The position numbers were made by a program, and so were the translations under genes. Shown here one piece after another: positions 9,024 to 18,331 of a DNA stretch of 64,000 bases. The notes below the pieces were generated by a model. That model was not told the origin of the DNA. It did not search any database and worked only from the letters and a program-made list of their open reading frames with translations. Numbering within the stretch: the first letter of the stretch is position 1; every line of letters starts with the position of its first letter. Origin of the DNA: Verrucomicrobiia bacterium (GTDB lineage: Bacteria > Desulfobacterota > Binatia > UBA9968); the NCBI GenBank assembly GCA_035495775.1, contig DATJFG010000133.1:10178-74177 (forward strand). The letters are read 5' to 3'.

Positions 9024-9974
9024 ATGGATTCCATGCAGAGCGGCTTCGAACATATCATCGGTAAGAGCAGAGTTCTGCTCAACTTGCTGGACATGGTGAC
9101 CAAGGTCGCGCCGACTGCGGCGACGGTCTTGATCTCCGGAGAAAGCGGCACCGGCAAGGAGCTTATCGCGCGCTCCATTCATTCGCTGAGCGACCGGCGC
9201 GACAAGCTCTTTTTACCGGTGAACTGCGGCGCATTGCCGGAGACATTGTTGGAGAGCCTTCTCTTCGGTCACATGAAGGGTTCTTTCACCGGCGCGTTCG
9301 CCAACCAAGAGGGGCTTTTTGAGAAAGCCCGCGGCGGCACGATTTTCTTAGATGAGATCGGCGAAATCCCGCAGCACCTCCAGGTGAAGCTGCTGCGCGC
9401 CCTCGAAGCGAAGGAGATCCTGCCGATCGGCAGCACGAGCCCGCGGCGCACCGATGTGCGAGTGGTCGCAGCGACGAACCGGGATTTGAAAAAGGAGACC
9501 GTCGAGGGACGGTTTCGCGACGATCTATACTACCGACTTAACATCATGGAGCTTCATATCCCGCCGCTGCGCGAACGGCCCGAGGATATTCCGCTTCTCA
9601 TCGAGCATCTGGTTCGCAGGCACAATCCCGAACTGAAAAAAAACTTCAGGGGCGCCGAGCCGGAGGTGATCCGCATGCTCGCCACTCTCGAATGGAAGGG
9701 CAATGTGCGCGAGCTCGACAATGTGATCGAGCACACGATGATCCTCGCCGATGGCGAATGGATCAAAATGGAACATGTGCCGGCGAGCCTCAAGAATCAG
9801 GAAACGGTCACCCCCTTTATTTTGAACCTCAAAGAAGCGACGAGACAATTCGAAAAACAGCACATCGTCCATGTCCTCGAGCAGGCGGGACAAGACCGCA
9901 AAGAGGCCGCGCGCTTGCTCGATATCAGTCTCTCTTCGCTGTATCGTAAGCTCGAAGAGCTGGGAATCGATTGA
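9024..9974 (+). CDS. sigma54-dependent transcriptional activator (bEBP) lacking N-terminal regulatory domain (PspF/HrpS-like architecture)
   Basis: Starts directly in AAA+ domain: Walker A GESGTGKE, GSFTGA (GAFTGA) motif, Walker B/R-finger, C-terminal Fis-type HTH; ~317 aa. Confidence 0.85.
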   Translation: MDSMQSGFEHIIGKSRVLLNLLDMVTKVAPTAATVLISGESGTGKELIARSIHSLSDRRDKLFLPVNCGALPETLLESLLFGHMKGSFTGAFANQEGLFEKARGGTIFLDEIGEIPQHLQVKLLRALEAKEILPIGSTSPRRTDVRVVAATNRDLKKETVEGRFRDDLYYRLNIMELHIPPLRERPEDIPLLIEHLVRRHNPELKKNFRGAEPEVIRMLATLEWKGNVRELDNVIEHTMILADGEWIKMEHVPASLKNQETVTPFILNLKEATRQFEKQHIVHVLEQAGQDRKEAARLLDISLSSLYRKLEELGID

Positions 9975-10073
9975 TTCCGGTTCTGAAGACATTTACCCGC
10001 GTCTTTTCCCGAAGTTGAGAAACGAGCTGCGATTTTCTTCAGCGTAAACAGCGTTCTTCGCGCGCTAAATCCC

Positions 10074-10089
10074 TGGCATCCTTATTGCT
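10074..10089 (+). promoter_or_regulatory. sigma54 promoter TGGCAT-cctta-TTGCT
   Basis: Exact -24 GG / -12 GC spacing; just upstream of the kinase-fusion gene. Confidence 0.6.
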
Positions 10090-10111
10090 CGGCGTATGCT
10101 GTGGAGCAGTC

Positions 10112-11749
10112 ATGGAACCCGAGTCGCTCATGTTGCCGTCGCCGCGTGCTGATCAGGAATCATTGGTGCAGGCGATGCTCGACCCGGCCTTTTACCCGCG
10201 TCGGCCATCGACGGTAAACTATCGCGAAACTCACATCTCGCACCTATTCTTCGCGGGAGACCTCGTCTACAAGGTCAAAAAAGACGTACGGTATTCGTTT
10301 GTCGATTACTCGAACTTAGAGCGGCGGCTGTTTTTCCTCCAGGAGGAACTCCGGCTCAATCGCCGTCTCGCGCCATCGGTGTATCTCGGCATCCTGCCGA
10401 TCTCTCACGACGACTACGGCTGGCAGCTGGGCAGTGATGCCCAACTAGCGGAATACGCCCTGGTTATGCGACGACTACCCGAACGGCGCATGCTCGATCA
10501 TCTCCTCGACACCGGCCAGGCGACGCCGTCGATGATGGACGCAGTGGCGGAAACACTCGCGCCGTTTCACGCAGCGGCGCCGAACGGCCGCAAGGTGCGG
10601 CCCTTCGGCGATCCAGCGAGGATCCGCTCGGTATGGACGGAGAACCTCTCCGATCTCGATCCTTTCATCGGACGCACCGTTGACGCCGGAACGCTCGCGG
10701 CGATTCGAGCATTCGGCGACAGTTTCCTGGCCGAGCATTCAGAACTGATGCAGCGCCGCGCGCTCGCCGGCTACACGCGCGAGGTTCACGGCGATCTTCA
10801 TTGCGAACATATCTGTTTCGCCCCCGAAGGCATCCAGATTTACGACTGCGTCGAGTTCAGCCGCCGCTTTAGATTCATCGACGTCGCGTCCGAGGTCGCC
10901 TTTCTCTCGATGGACCTCCAGGCGCGCGGGGCTCGCGAACACGCTCAGCGCTTTATCAATCGGTATGTCGAGCTGACGAACGACGCCGACCTGGCGAAGC
11001 TTCTGCCGTTTTATGAATGTTATCGGGCGCTCGTCAGGGCGAAGGTATTCACGCTCATCTTTCGCGACCGCGCCGAGGCGGCGTCGCGCTATTTCGATCA
11101 GGCGTACAGTTATACCTGGCAGGCGCTGAAGCCTTTCGTGGTGATGATCGCCGGCTTGACCGGCAGCGGGAAATCCACTCTAGCGCGCGCGCTCGCGCGA
11201 CGGCTCGGCGCGACTGTGATCAACTCCGATGTCACGCGTAAACGCCTTGCGGGCGCCTCCGATCGGCACGATCAGCTTAAGTACGGCGAAGGGCTCTATA
11301 GCCCGGCGATGACGGCGCGCGCCTATCGCAAGATGATGGAAGAAGCGGATAATTGTCTCGCCGCCGGCCGCAGCGTGATTCTCGACGCCACGTTTCATAA
11401 AGCGGCGCAGCGCGATCCGTCTTTGGAGATCGCCGAGCGCCGCGGTGCGTCCATAGCGCTCATCGAATGCCATGCGCGTGACGATCTCATCCGTGAGCGG
11501 CTCGCCGCCCGCGCCGAGGCCAGACGCGATCCTTCTGACGGAAATTGGCAAATTTACTTGAAACAAAAAGAGCTCTTCGAACCGTTTACGCTAAACCCTA
11601 ATCGCCTGCGGCTCGATACGGAGCTGTCGCTTGCGCAGCTCACGAACAAGTCCGAAGAGTTTCTCAGGGCCGCGCTGGCAAAGCCGGCGAATAAGACGGC
11701 CTATCCCATTCGAATTGCCGCCTCGAATCTGCTATCAGAAACCCGATGA
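10112..11749 (+). CDS. bifunctional phosphotransferase (APH/choline-kinase-like) + P-loop AAA_33-type kinase fusion
   Basis: N-terminal half has HGDLHCEHI catalytic loop and DxxE region of phosphotransferase family; C-terminal half has Walker A GLTGSGKST. ATG at 10112 (GGAG RBS) preferred over the TTG at 10085, which lies inside the promoter. Confidence 0.7.
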   Translation: MEPESLMLPSPRADQESLVQAMLDPAFYPRRPSTVNYRETHISHLFFAGDLVYKVKKDVRYSFVDYSNLERRLFFLQEELRLNRRLAPSVYLGILPISHDDYGWQLGSDAQLAEYALVMRRLPERRMLDHLLDTGQATPSMMDAVAETLAPFHAAAPNGRKVRPFGDPARIRSVWTENLSDLDPFIGRTVDAGTLAAIRAFGDSFLAEHSELMQRRALAGYTREVHGDLHCEHICFAPEGIQIYDCVEFSRRFRFIDVASEVAFLSMDLQARGAREHAQRFINRYVELTNDADLAKLLPFYECYRALVRAKVFTLIFRDRAEAASRYFDQAYSYTWQALKPFVVMIAGLTGSGKSTLARALARRLGATVINSDVTRKRLAGASDRHDQLKYGEGLYSPAMTARAYRKMMEEADNCLAAGRSVILDATFHKAAQRDPSLEIAERRGASIALIECHARDDLIRERLAARAEARRDPSDGNWQIYLKQKELFEPFTLNPNRLRLDTELSLAQLTNKSEEFLRAALAKPANKTAYPIRIAASNLLSETR

Positions 11750-12921
11750 GGGAAGTCGTTATCTTGAGCGCCGTGCGGACGCCGATCGGCGGCCTCAACG
11801 GATCGCTGTCTGCATTGCCGGCGCCGGCGCTCGGCAGCGTCGCGATCCGCGAGGCGCTCGCTCAGGCTCGGATCGGCGCCGAGCGCGTCGACGCCGTCAT
11901 CATGGGCAATGTCATCTCCGCGGGCGTCGGACAGGCACCGGCGCGCCAGGCGGCGCTCAAAGCCGGCCTTCCAAATACGGTCAGTTGCACGACGATCAAC
12001 AAGGTCTGCGGTTCGGGTCTCAATGCGGCGATGATCGCCGCGCAAGCGATCCGCACCGGAGACGCGGAAGTCATCGTGGCGGGCGGTATGGAGAGCATGA
12101 GCAACGCGCCCTATCTCCTCGACCGCGCACGCGCCGGCTATCGCATGGGCCACGCGACAGTTCTCGACAGTCTGATCAGAGACGGTCTGTGGGATGCCGT
12201 CGGCGATTTTCATATGGGCGTGGCGGCGGAGAAGTGCGCCGAGCGCTTCGGCATCTCGCGCGCCGATCAGGATGAATTCGCGGCGACAAGTTATCGCCGC
12301 GCGCACGCGGCGCAGATTAGCGGCGCGTTCAAGCACGAAATCGTTCCCGTGCTGACCGTTCAAAAGAACGGCTCCACGCCTGTAGCCGAAGATGAATCGG
12401 TGAAACGCTTCGATGCCGAGAAGATGCGCGCGCTAAAGCCGGCCTTTAAGTCCGACGGAACGGTTACGGCGGGGAACTCCTCTTCGATCAGCGACGGCGC
12501 CGCAGCCGTCGTCTTGATGACGCGCGAGAAGGCCGATGCGTTGGGCCTCAAACCCATCGCGCGGGTGATCGGCTCGGCGTCCGCGGCGCGCGCGCCTGAA
12601 TGGTTCACGATCGCGCCGGCCGACGTTATACCGAGGCTACTCGATCGCTGCGGCTACTCATTGAGCGACATTCACCTCTTCGAGATCAATGAGGCCTTTG
12701 CGGCCGCATCGATCGCCGTCAACCGCCTGCTCCATCTCGATCCGGAAAAGGTCAACGTGCGCGGCGGCGCCGTCGCCCTGGGCCATCCGATCGGCGCCAG
12801 CGGCGCGCGCATCTTGACGACGTTGACGCATGCGCTGGTCGACCTCGATAAAGAGCGCGGCGTGGCCGCGCTTTGCATCGGCGGGGGTGAAGCGGTGGCG
12901 ATGATGGTCGAGCGGCTTTAA
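11746..12921 (+). CDS. acetyl-CoA C-acyltransferase (thiolase II family)
   Basis: N-terminal VIVSAVRTPIGG-like block, active-site NKVCGSG, C-terminal GGGEAVAM; 391 aa; ATGA overlap with upstream gene. Confidence 0.9.
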   Translation: MREVVILSAVRTPIGGLNGSLSALPAPALGSVAIREALAQARIGAERVDAVIMGNVISAGVGQAPARQAALKAGLPNTVSCTTINKVCGSGLNAAMIAAQAIRTGDAEVIVAGGMESMSNAPYLLDRARAGYRMGHATVLDSLIRDGLWDAVGDFHMGVAAEKCAERFGISRADQDEFAATSYRRAHAAQISGAFKHEIVPVLTVQKNGSTPVAEDESVKRFDAEKMRALKPAFKSDGTVTAGNSSSISDGAAAVVLMTREKADALGLKPIARVIGSASAARAPEWFTIAPADVIPRLLDRCGYSLSDIHLFEINEAFAAASIAVNRLLHLDPEKVNVRGGAVALGHPIGASGARILTTLTHALVDLDKERGVAALCIGGGEAVAMMVERL

Positions 12922-12934
12922 TCCACTTTACGCT

Positions 12935-14386
12935 TCAGCGATCGATCTGATCCGCCGTGGCGCTATAGGTCTCGAATTTCGCGCGCACGTAAGGCGAGCT
13001 GTAGCCGTTTCGAATGCGCTCGATGCGCTCGGGCCGGCTGAAGAACTCCCGGTTGATCTCCGCCGACAGCGCTCCGAGCTCCTGCCGTGAGAGATGGCGC
13101 GTCGGCATGACGGTGTGAATCGCATCCCAATTTTTCAGATCGATGTTCTCGACGCGCTCACCCGTGAGCGCTTGGCGCCAGACCGGCGATCCGGGCATCG
13201 GCGTCAGGAGCATGAGAACGCCGATATCCGGGTCGATGTCGTCGACGGCGCGAAAACGCTGCCGAATCTTCGTCGCATCGTCCTCCCAGAAACCGCTCAT
13301 GTAGGTGCCGACTGTCGAGATGTCGTTTCGCCTGAGGAGTCGCACGAGCTCTCTTAAATCTCCGATCGTATAGCGATCTTTGCTTTTATGCAGGTTGACC
13401 AGCTCCTCGTCGCTGCCGACTTCGATGCCGAATAAGACCTGATAGCAGCCGGCGCGCCGCATGCGCGGAATCAAGTCGGCGTCGCGAAGCAGGTTGCGCG
13501 CTCGTCCCATGAAGAACCATTGCATATCGATGCGGCGCTTCTCGATCTCATCCAAGAGATCGACGATTTTTTGCCGGTCGGAGTTGAAATCGTCGTCCAT
13601 GAAGTTGAGCGCCTTCACGCCGTAGGTCTTGCTCAGCAACTCCATTTCATCGGCGACGAGCTTTCCGCTGCGCGTGCGGTGAACGAAAAAATCCTGCCGT
13701 CGGCGAAAATCTACCAGGCCCCACTCGTAGCAGAAGCTGCAGGCTCCTTCGCAGCCGCGGCTCGTCACCGCCTCGTTATATCCTGCGATCCGGGAAAAGC
13801 CGATGTATTTATCCATCGGGAAGAGATCATACGCCGGCATGGGCAACTCGTTCAGATCGATGATGAGCGGCCGCGGCGCGGTGAAGCGGATTTCGGATTG
13901 TTCCCGATAGGCGAGGCCGAGAACATCTTTGAGATTTGGTTGCGCCGATTTGAGCTGCTCCAAAAGCTCGGCGAGCGTCCGGTCGGCCTCTCCGATCACG
14001 ATGTAATCCAGCTGCGGAGCGAGACCGAGAATGTCTTTCGGCATGGACGAAAGCGCAAGGCCGCCGGAGATCGTGACGATACTGGGAAACGCTTGCTTGA
14101 CGGTCTCGAGGGCTTCCAAATAGCGCATCACCGAACCTGCGCCGCCTTCGGTCACGACCCGGGTGCCGACGAAGATCGCGTCGGGCGCGCTCTTTCTGAT
14201 GCTCTCGATCATCGCCTCTTCATCGAGGCCGAGAGCGCGGCAGTCGAGGACTTCGACCTGCGCAACCTTTTGCGTGCGAACGTACGCCGCCAAGTGTGCG
14301 TAGAGGGCATTACAGGCGACGTGGCGCGCGCCCCAGCGCTTCCAATTAGCCATCGGCGGCGTAAGGAAAAGTAGCTTCATATTCAC
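12935..14386 (-). CDS. B12-binding domain radical SAM protein (class B radical SAM)
   Basis: N-terminal cobalamin-binding Rossmann-like domain followed by CEGACSFC (CxxxCxxC) radical SAM cluster motif; 483 aa. Confidence 0.85.
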   Translation of the reverse strand: MNMKLLFLTPPMANWKRWGARHVACNALYAHLAAYVRTQKVAQVEVLDCRALGLDEEAMIESIRKSAPDAIFVGTRVVTEGGAGSVMRYLEALETVKQAFPSIVTISGGLALSSMPKDILGLAPQLDYIVIGEADRTLAELLEQLKSAQPNLKDVLGLAYREQSEIRFTAPRPLIIDLNELPMPAYDLFPMDKYIGFSRIAGYNEAVTSRGCEGACSFCYEWGLVDFRRRQDFFVHRTRSGKLVADEMELLSKTYGVKALNFMDDDFNSDRQKIVDLLDEIEKRRIDMQWFFMGRARNLLRDADLIPRMRRAGCYQVLFGIEVGSDEELVNLHKSKDRYTIGDLRELVRLLRRNDISTVGTYMSGFWEDDATKIRQRFRAVDDIDPDIGVLMLLTPMPGSPVWRQALTGERVENIDLKNWDAIHTVMPTRHLSRQELGALSAEINREFFSRPERIERIRNGYSSPYVRAKFETYSATADQIDR

Positions 14387-14427
14387 CCCGGGACTGTTTG
14401 GGACATGAAATGTTTAGGTGTCAACTA

Positions 14428-14443
14428 AGCAACTGCTATGCCA
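14428..14443 (-). promoter_or_regulatory. sigma54 promoter TGGCAT-agcag-TTGCT for B12-radical SAM gene
   Basis: Plus strand AGCAACTGCTATGCCA; reverse complement has exact consensus spacing; 42 nt upstream of start at 14386. Confidence 0.6.
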
Positions 14444-14590
14444 CCGTAAACAGCCGATACGGGGCATATTAAAGGGAAATTACGTAACAAATTTCTGTCG
14501 ATAAGAAACAGATAGGAAACTTTTCCCAAATTAAGGAAGTGGGTAAATCATCCGTCTAAGACTTAGCACGATGGCGGGGTAGCGCTCTTG

Positions 14591-14643
14591 AAGAAAACCA
14601 AGTGCGTCGTTGCGGCCGCTTTCGTGGCGACCGCAACGACGGC
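14591..14643 (-). terminator. Rho-independent terminator after the NMT1-like SBP gene
   Basis: GC-rich inverted repeat GCGTCGTTGCGGCCGC / GCGACCGCAACGACGGC; followed on the minus strand by TTGGTTTTCTTC. Confidence 0.55.
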
Positions 14644-14650
14644 TGAGTTC

Positions 14651-15670
14651 TTACAGGACGCCTTTTTTATATAGTCCGTCGATGAAGCCGCTCTGATCGA
14701 GTTTGCGGAGAATGCCTTCATCGACGAAATCATCGACGTTCAGCTTGCCGACGGACGGACTGATGTTTTTGACCTCATCGATAATCGCTTGGATGCCTTT
14801 ACGGTTCGGGTAGGGTCTCGCTTTGACCCACAGCGAGGTTACCTGCTCGTACGCCGCAGTGCCATCGCCCATCTTGGGGCCGAGATTTTTCACGAGCGTT
14901 TTCTTGACGGCTTCTTTGTTCGCCGGGTTGAGAATGAAGGCGTTCGCTTCCAGCAACCCTTTTAGAACCGCTTCGACCGATCGCGGACTTTCCTTCAAAT
15001 ACTTTCCGGTCGAAAGCAGCACGTCGTGCTCCCAAGGTATATTCAAGGCGCCGAGATCCGCCAAGATGGGAAACCCCTCTTTCTCGATCATGGGCTGGTA
15101 AAGGCGGTCGAAAACGGTCGCCTGGATGCCGTTCTGACCCAATGCGATCTGCCGCTCGACCTCGTTGCCGGCCGAGATAAGCGTGATGCGGTCTCTTTTC
15201 GGATCGAGGCCGAGATGCTTGAGCCCCAGGATCACACCGATATACGACGCCGATAAGCCGGTGCCGCTCACCCCGAAGATTTTTCCTTTGAGCCCTTCGG
15301 CGGATTTGATCTCTTTGCGCGTGACGACGAGGTAAGGCATCGTCGGCGCGACGGTGGCGAATTCGACGAGATCGGCGCCGCCGGCGCGCGCCGCCACCGC
15401 GGAGTGCGGCCCGGCCATTAAGATTGGAATCGAGCCGGTGAGGAGCGCCTGCGTGCCGATCGGATTGCCGCGAAACTGGATGATCTTCACGTCGACGCCG
15501 TATTTTTTGAAATAGCCGCGCTCGAGGCCGACCCAGAAGCCGACGGGAACGGCGTTTACGAAGGTCTGGCCGACGAGCAGCTCCGTCGCGCGTTGATCGG
15601 CGCGCGCCGGGGCGAGCCACACGAAAATGGCAAACAATGCAGCTGCTACGAGCGTTACTTTCCTGTTCAT
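14651..15670 (-). CDS. NMT1/THI5-like (SsuA/TauA-type) periplasmic substrate-binding protein
   Basis: Signal peptide; SBP type-2 fold signature blocks; 339 aa; no cognate permease or ATPase nearby. Confidence 0.7.
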   Translation of the reverse strand: MNRKVTLVAAALFAIFVWLAPARADQRATELLVGQTFVNAVPVGFWVGLERGYFKKYGVDVKIIQFRGNPIGTQALLTGSIPILMAGPHSAVAARAGGADLVEFATVAPTMPYLVVTRKEIKSAEGLKGKIFGVSGTGLSASYIGVILGLKHLGLDPKRDRITLISAGNEVERQIALGQNGIQATVFDRLYQPMIEKEGFPILADLGALNIPWEHDVLLSTGKYLKESPRSVEAVLKGLLEANAFILNPANKEAVKKTLVKNLGPKMGDGTAAYEQVTSLWVKARPYPNRKGIQAIIDEVKNISPSVGKLNVDDFVDEGILRKLDQSGFIDGLYKKGVL

Positions 15671-15696
15671 TCGATCCTCCTCCTGATGACTTATTG

Positions 15697-16698
15697 TTAA
15701 TGCGGACGCCGCGCCTTTCGGACAAAAGAAAAGTCCACGACATCGGAGACCGCGATCTTCCGATCGATTTTCTGGAGCTTTTTCACCTGCTCGATGAGAT
15801 CCAAGACGAGCGCCTCGGGCGCCTCGCCGTCGGAGCTGAACGTTTTGATCATGAGATCATAGCTGTTTTCCGCCACCCGCCGGCTCAAGTGCCACTGCTT
15901 CGCGATGAAATCGAGAGCCTCGCCGCGCCGCGCCCGCGCGAGCTCCACGCTTCGCACCAACACGCGGGCCATCCGCTCGACCTGCGCGGGATTTTCGTTG
16001 ATTTTCTTCACCGAGCAGGCGAGTCCCGATTGCAGCCCTTCGATGATGTCGCCGGCGAAGACGAGCTTCTTGAACCCCTGCTCCTCGGCGATGGAATCAT
16101 CGGGGACCGTGAGAATGGCCGCGTCCACCGCTTTGCCCTGGAGCGCGGCGATCTTGTTGGCCTCGCTGCCGAGCGGCATCGTAACGATGTCTTTATCGGG
16201 GTTGAGCCCGTAATGGCGTACGATGTCGCGCGCAACGAAGTCGGTCGTCGTGCGCAGGGACGAGACCGCGATTTTGCCGCCCTTCAGCGCTGCGACGCTC
16301 TGGATGCCAGGCTGGACCACCAAAACGAGTGACGATCGTATACCGGTAAACCCGATCGCTTTAAGCGGCATGCCCGAGACCGCGGCGCGGATCGTGGTCT
16401 CGGCGGAAGTTGTGAAGTCGAGGTCGGCGCTGATCAGCGCGGGCAGCGCGAGCGCCGTGCGGATCTGGATGATCTCCGGCTGGAAGCCTTCGGCGTCGAA
16501 GAGTTTTTTATCTTTCGCGAGCAGGATCGGCAGCTGGCTCAGCGCCATCACTGGAATGCCGATACGAATCTTCTCCGCCTTCGCCGTCGAACTGAAGCCC
16601 GGGACAAAGCCGCAGAGGATAACGATCGCGGCGATGTATGACGCTGTGACTCCGGTTGCTCGGCTCACGATCGATCCTTCAAATCTTTTTCCGCTCAT
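15697..16698 (-). CDS. NMT1/THI5-like substrate-binding protein, second paralog
   Basis: Signal anchor VTASYIAAIVILCGF then SBP fold. An alternative GTG start at ~16668 would remove the 20-nt overlap with the UbiD-like gene. Confidence 0.65.
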   Translation of the reverse strand: MSGKRFEGSIVSRATGVTASYIAAIVILCGFVPGFSSTAKAEKIRIGIPVMALSQLPILLAKDKKLFDAEGFQPEIIQIRTALALPALISADLDFTTSAETTIRAAVSGMPLKAIGFTGIRSSLVLVVQPGIQSVAALKGGKIAVSSLRTTTDFVARDIVRHYGLNPDKDIVTMPLGSEANKIAALQGKAVDAAILTVPDDSIAEEQGFKKLVFAGDIIEGLQSGLACSVKKINENPAQVERMARVLVRSVELARARRGEALDFIAKQWHLSRRVAENSYDLMIKTFSSDGEAPEALVLDLIEQVKKLQKIDRKIAVSDVVDFSFVRKARRPH

Positions 16699-18331
16699 TC
16701 AGATATTCTTCGGCTATTTTTTCGAACTCGCCGCGCACCGCCATCTCGGCGCGGCGCGCGTGTACTTCTGGCCACTCTCCCCACGAAACGCCGTGCCACG
16801 GCTCCATCGGTTTGAGCTTGGGCAAGCCGAGTTCCTCCCAAAGAACGCGGCCGCGCTCCATGAACTCTTTCTTCGGCAGCGATGTCGGCGTGTACGCCCA
16901 TTTTCGCGTCGCATCGATCAAGATGGATGAGTTTCCCGAGAGACCGGTCCGCGACATGGGAAATTCCTGCTCATCGAGAGGCAAACTCCTTGGCCCGCCC
17001 GAAGGGTCCGCGGTCGAGCCGCGTCCGGCGATGATCTGCGTATCCCGATGCGGCTGATACCGGAACGACACGCCCCAAAAGACCGATTCCAAATCCCATG
17101 GATCGATATCCGAATCGACGGCGATGACGATCTTGGGCCATTCGGCGGAGACCGCCAGGGATGAATGAAGCGCATGCCAGACGGTGCGGTCGGAAGTCGG
17201 CGAAGAGCCGACCTGCTGCATGCGGATGACGCAGAACCTGCGCGAGCCGCCGCAGTGATGAAACGCGACGTCTTTCACTTGCGGTATGCCGCACGAGTCG
17301 CGCAGGAAGGTGATCATGCGCGCCTCGCGCGTGAGGTTTCCCATGACGCTCGATTCGCTCGGCGGAAACTGGTCGATCAGGTCGTGCCAGATCGGTTTTT
17401 TGCGGTGCGTGATGCAGCGGACGTGAAAGCCGAAGACCATCCGCCCGATGAAAGTGTAGCCGGTATGCTCGCCGCTCGGCGGATCGGGGAGAAGGTAATC
17501 GGTCGGGATTTCCCCTTCGATGACGATTTCCGCGCCAGCCGGCACCTCGATATCGGAGGTCTCGCAGCGGACGACTTCGATCGGTTCGCCGACCAGAGCG
17601 CCGGCCGCTTCGAGCTCGTTCATGCCGTAAGGAATCTCTGTAATGCTGACGGCAACCACCGCCGGGACCGGGCCCACGACGGCAGCGGCCTGAAGTGGAA
17701 TTCCACGCGCCTTGCATTTTTCCCAGTGAACGCGCAGATCGCCGCGCGGCGAGACGCGCAGGCAAAATTTATCGGGACCGAGCAGCGCGCCGTTGTACGT
17801 GCCGACGTTGACGGCGCCGCTGTCGGGATCGCGCGTGACGACGCAGAGCGACGTCATCCGCGGCAGGGCCTCCCAGCCGTTCGTCGTCATCGGGATCGGG
17901 AACTCGCGCAGGCCGCCGTGCGCCAAGAGGTCGCCGCCCTTGTGAACTTCTTCTTTGACGGCTCCGGTCTTTACCAATCGCGTCGGAATCGGATGGCGGT
18001 ACGCTTCGCTCCAGCGCTCGTAAATCGCTTCGCGGGTCGGTTCGCATTTGAGCGCCAGCGCATAGGCCTCCAGCGATGGAGCGATCACGGCGGCGGCAAC
18101 TCTGCCGTCATAGCGCTTGCCATCGATTCCTTTGAGGTTTTCGAAAAGCAATCCGAAGCGCTCCGCTTCCGGCAGGCCGCGAAAAATCCAGCGCACCACC
18201 GGATGAAGTTCCGTGTCTTTGTCGATTTCTTTCTGGATCCGGCGCAGCTTGCCGAACTTTTCCAGCGCCTCAAGGTATTCGCGCAGATCTTTATAGTAGG
18301 CTCGGGAAGCTTCCGTTCTTTCCGCTTTCAT
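16679..18331 (-). CDS. UbiD-family (prFMN-dependent) reversible decarboxylase/carboxylase
   Basis: 550 aa; UbiD family blocks, including the conserved acidic metal/prFMN-binding region; ATGA overlap with the RidA gene. Confidence 0.8.
   Translation of the reverse strand: MKAERTEASRAYYKDLREYLEALEKFGKLRRIQKEIDKDTELHPVVRWIFRGLPEAERFGLLFENLKGIDGKRYDGRVAAAVIAPSLEAYALALKCEPTREAIYERWSEAYRHPIPTRLVKTGAVKEEVHKGGDLLAHGGLREFPIPMTTNGWEALPRMTSLCVVTRDPDSGAVNVGTYNGALLGPDKFCLRVSPRGDLRVHWEKCKARGIPLQAAAVVGPVPAVVAVSITEIPYGMNELEAAGALVGEPIEVVRCETSDIEVPAGAEIVIEGEIPTDYLLPDPPSGEHTGYTFIGRMVFGFHVRCITHRKKPIWHDLIDQFPPSESSVMGNLTREARMITFLRDSCGIPQVKDVAFHHCGGSRRFCVIRMQQVGSSPTSDRTVWHALHSSLAVSAEWPKIVIAVDSDIDPWDLESVFWGVSFRYQPHRDTQIIAGRGSTADPSGGPRSLPLDEQEFPMSRTGLSGNSSILIDATRKWAYTPTSLPKKEFMERGRVLWEELGLPKLKPMEPWHGVSWGEWPEVHARRAEMAVRGEFEKIAEEYLNERKKI

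Noticed and set aside
9975-10070. Possible terminator hairpin after the EBP gene (GAAGAC...GTCTTTT)
   Set aside because: Stem only 5-6 bp with a wobble pair and a weak U-tract; equally likely to be part of an activator binding region
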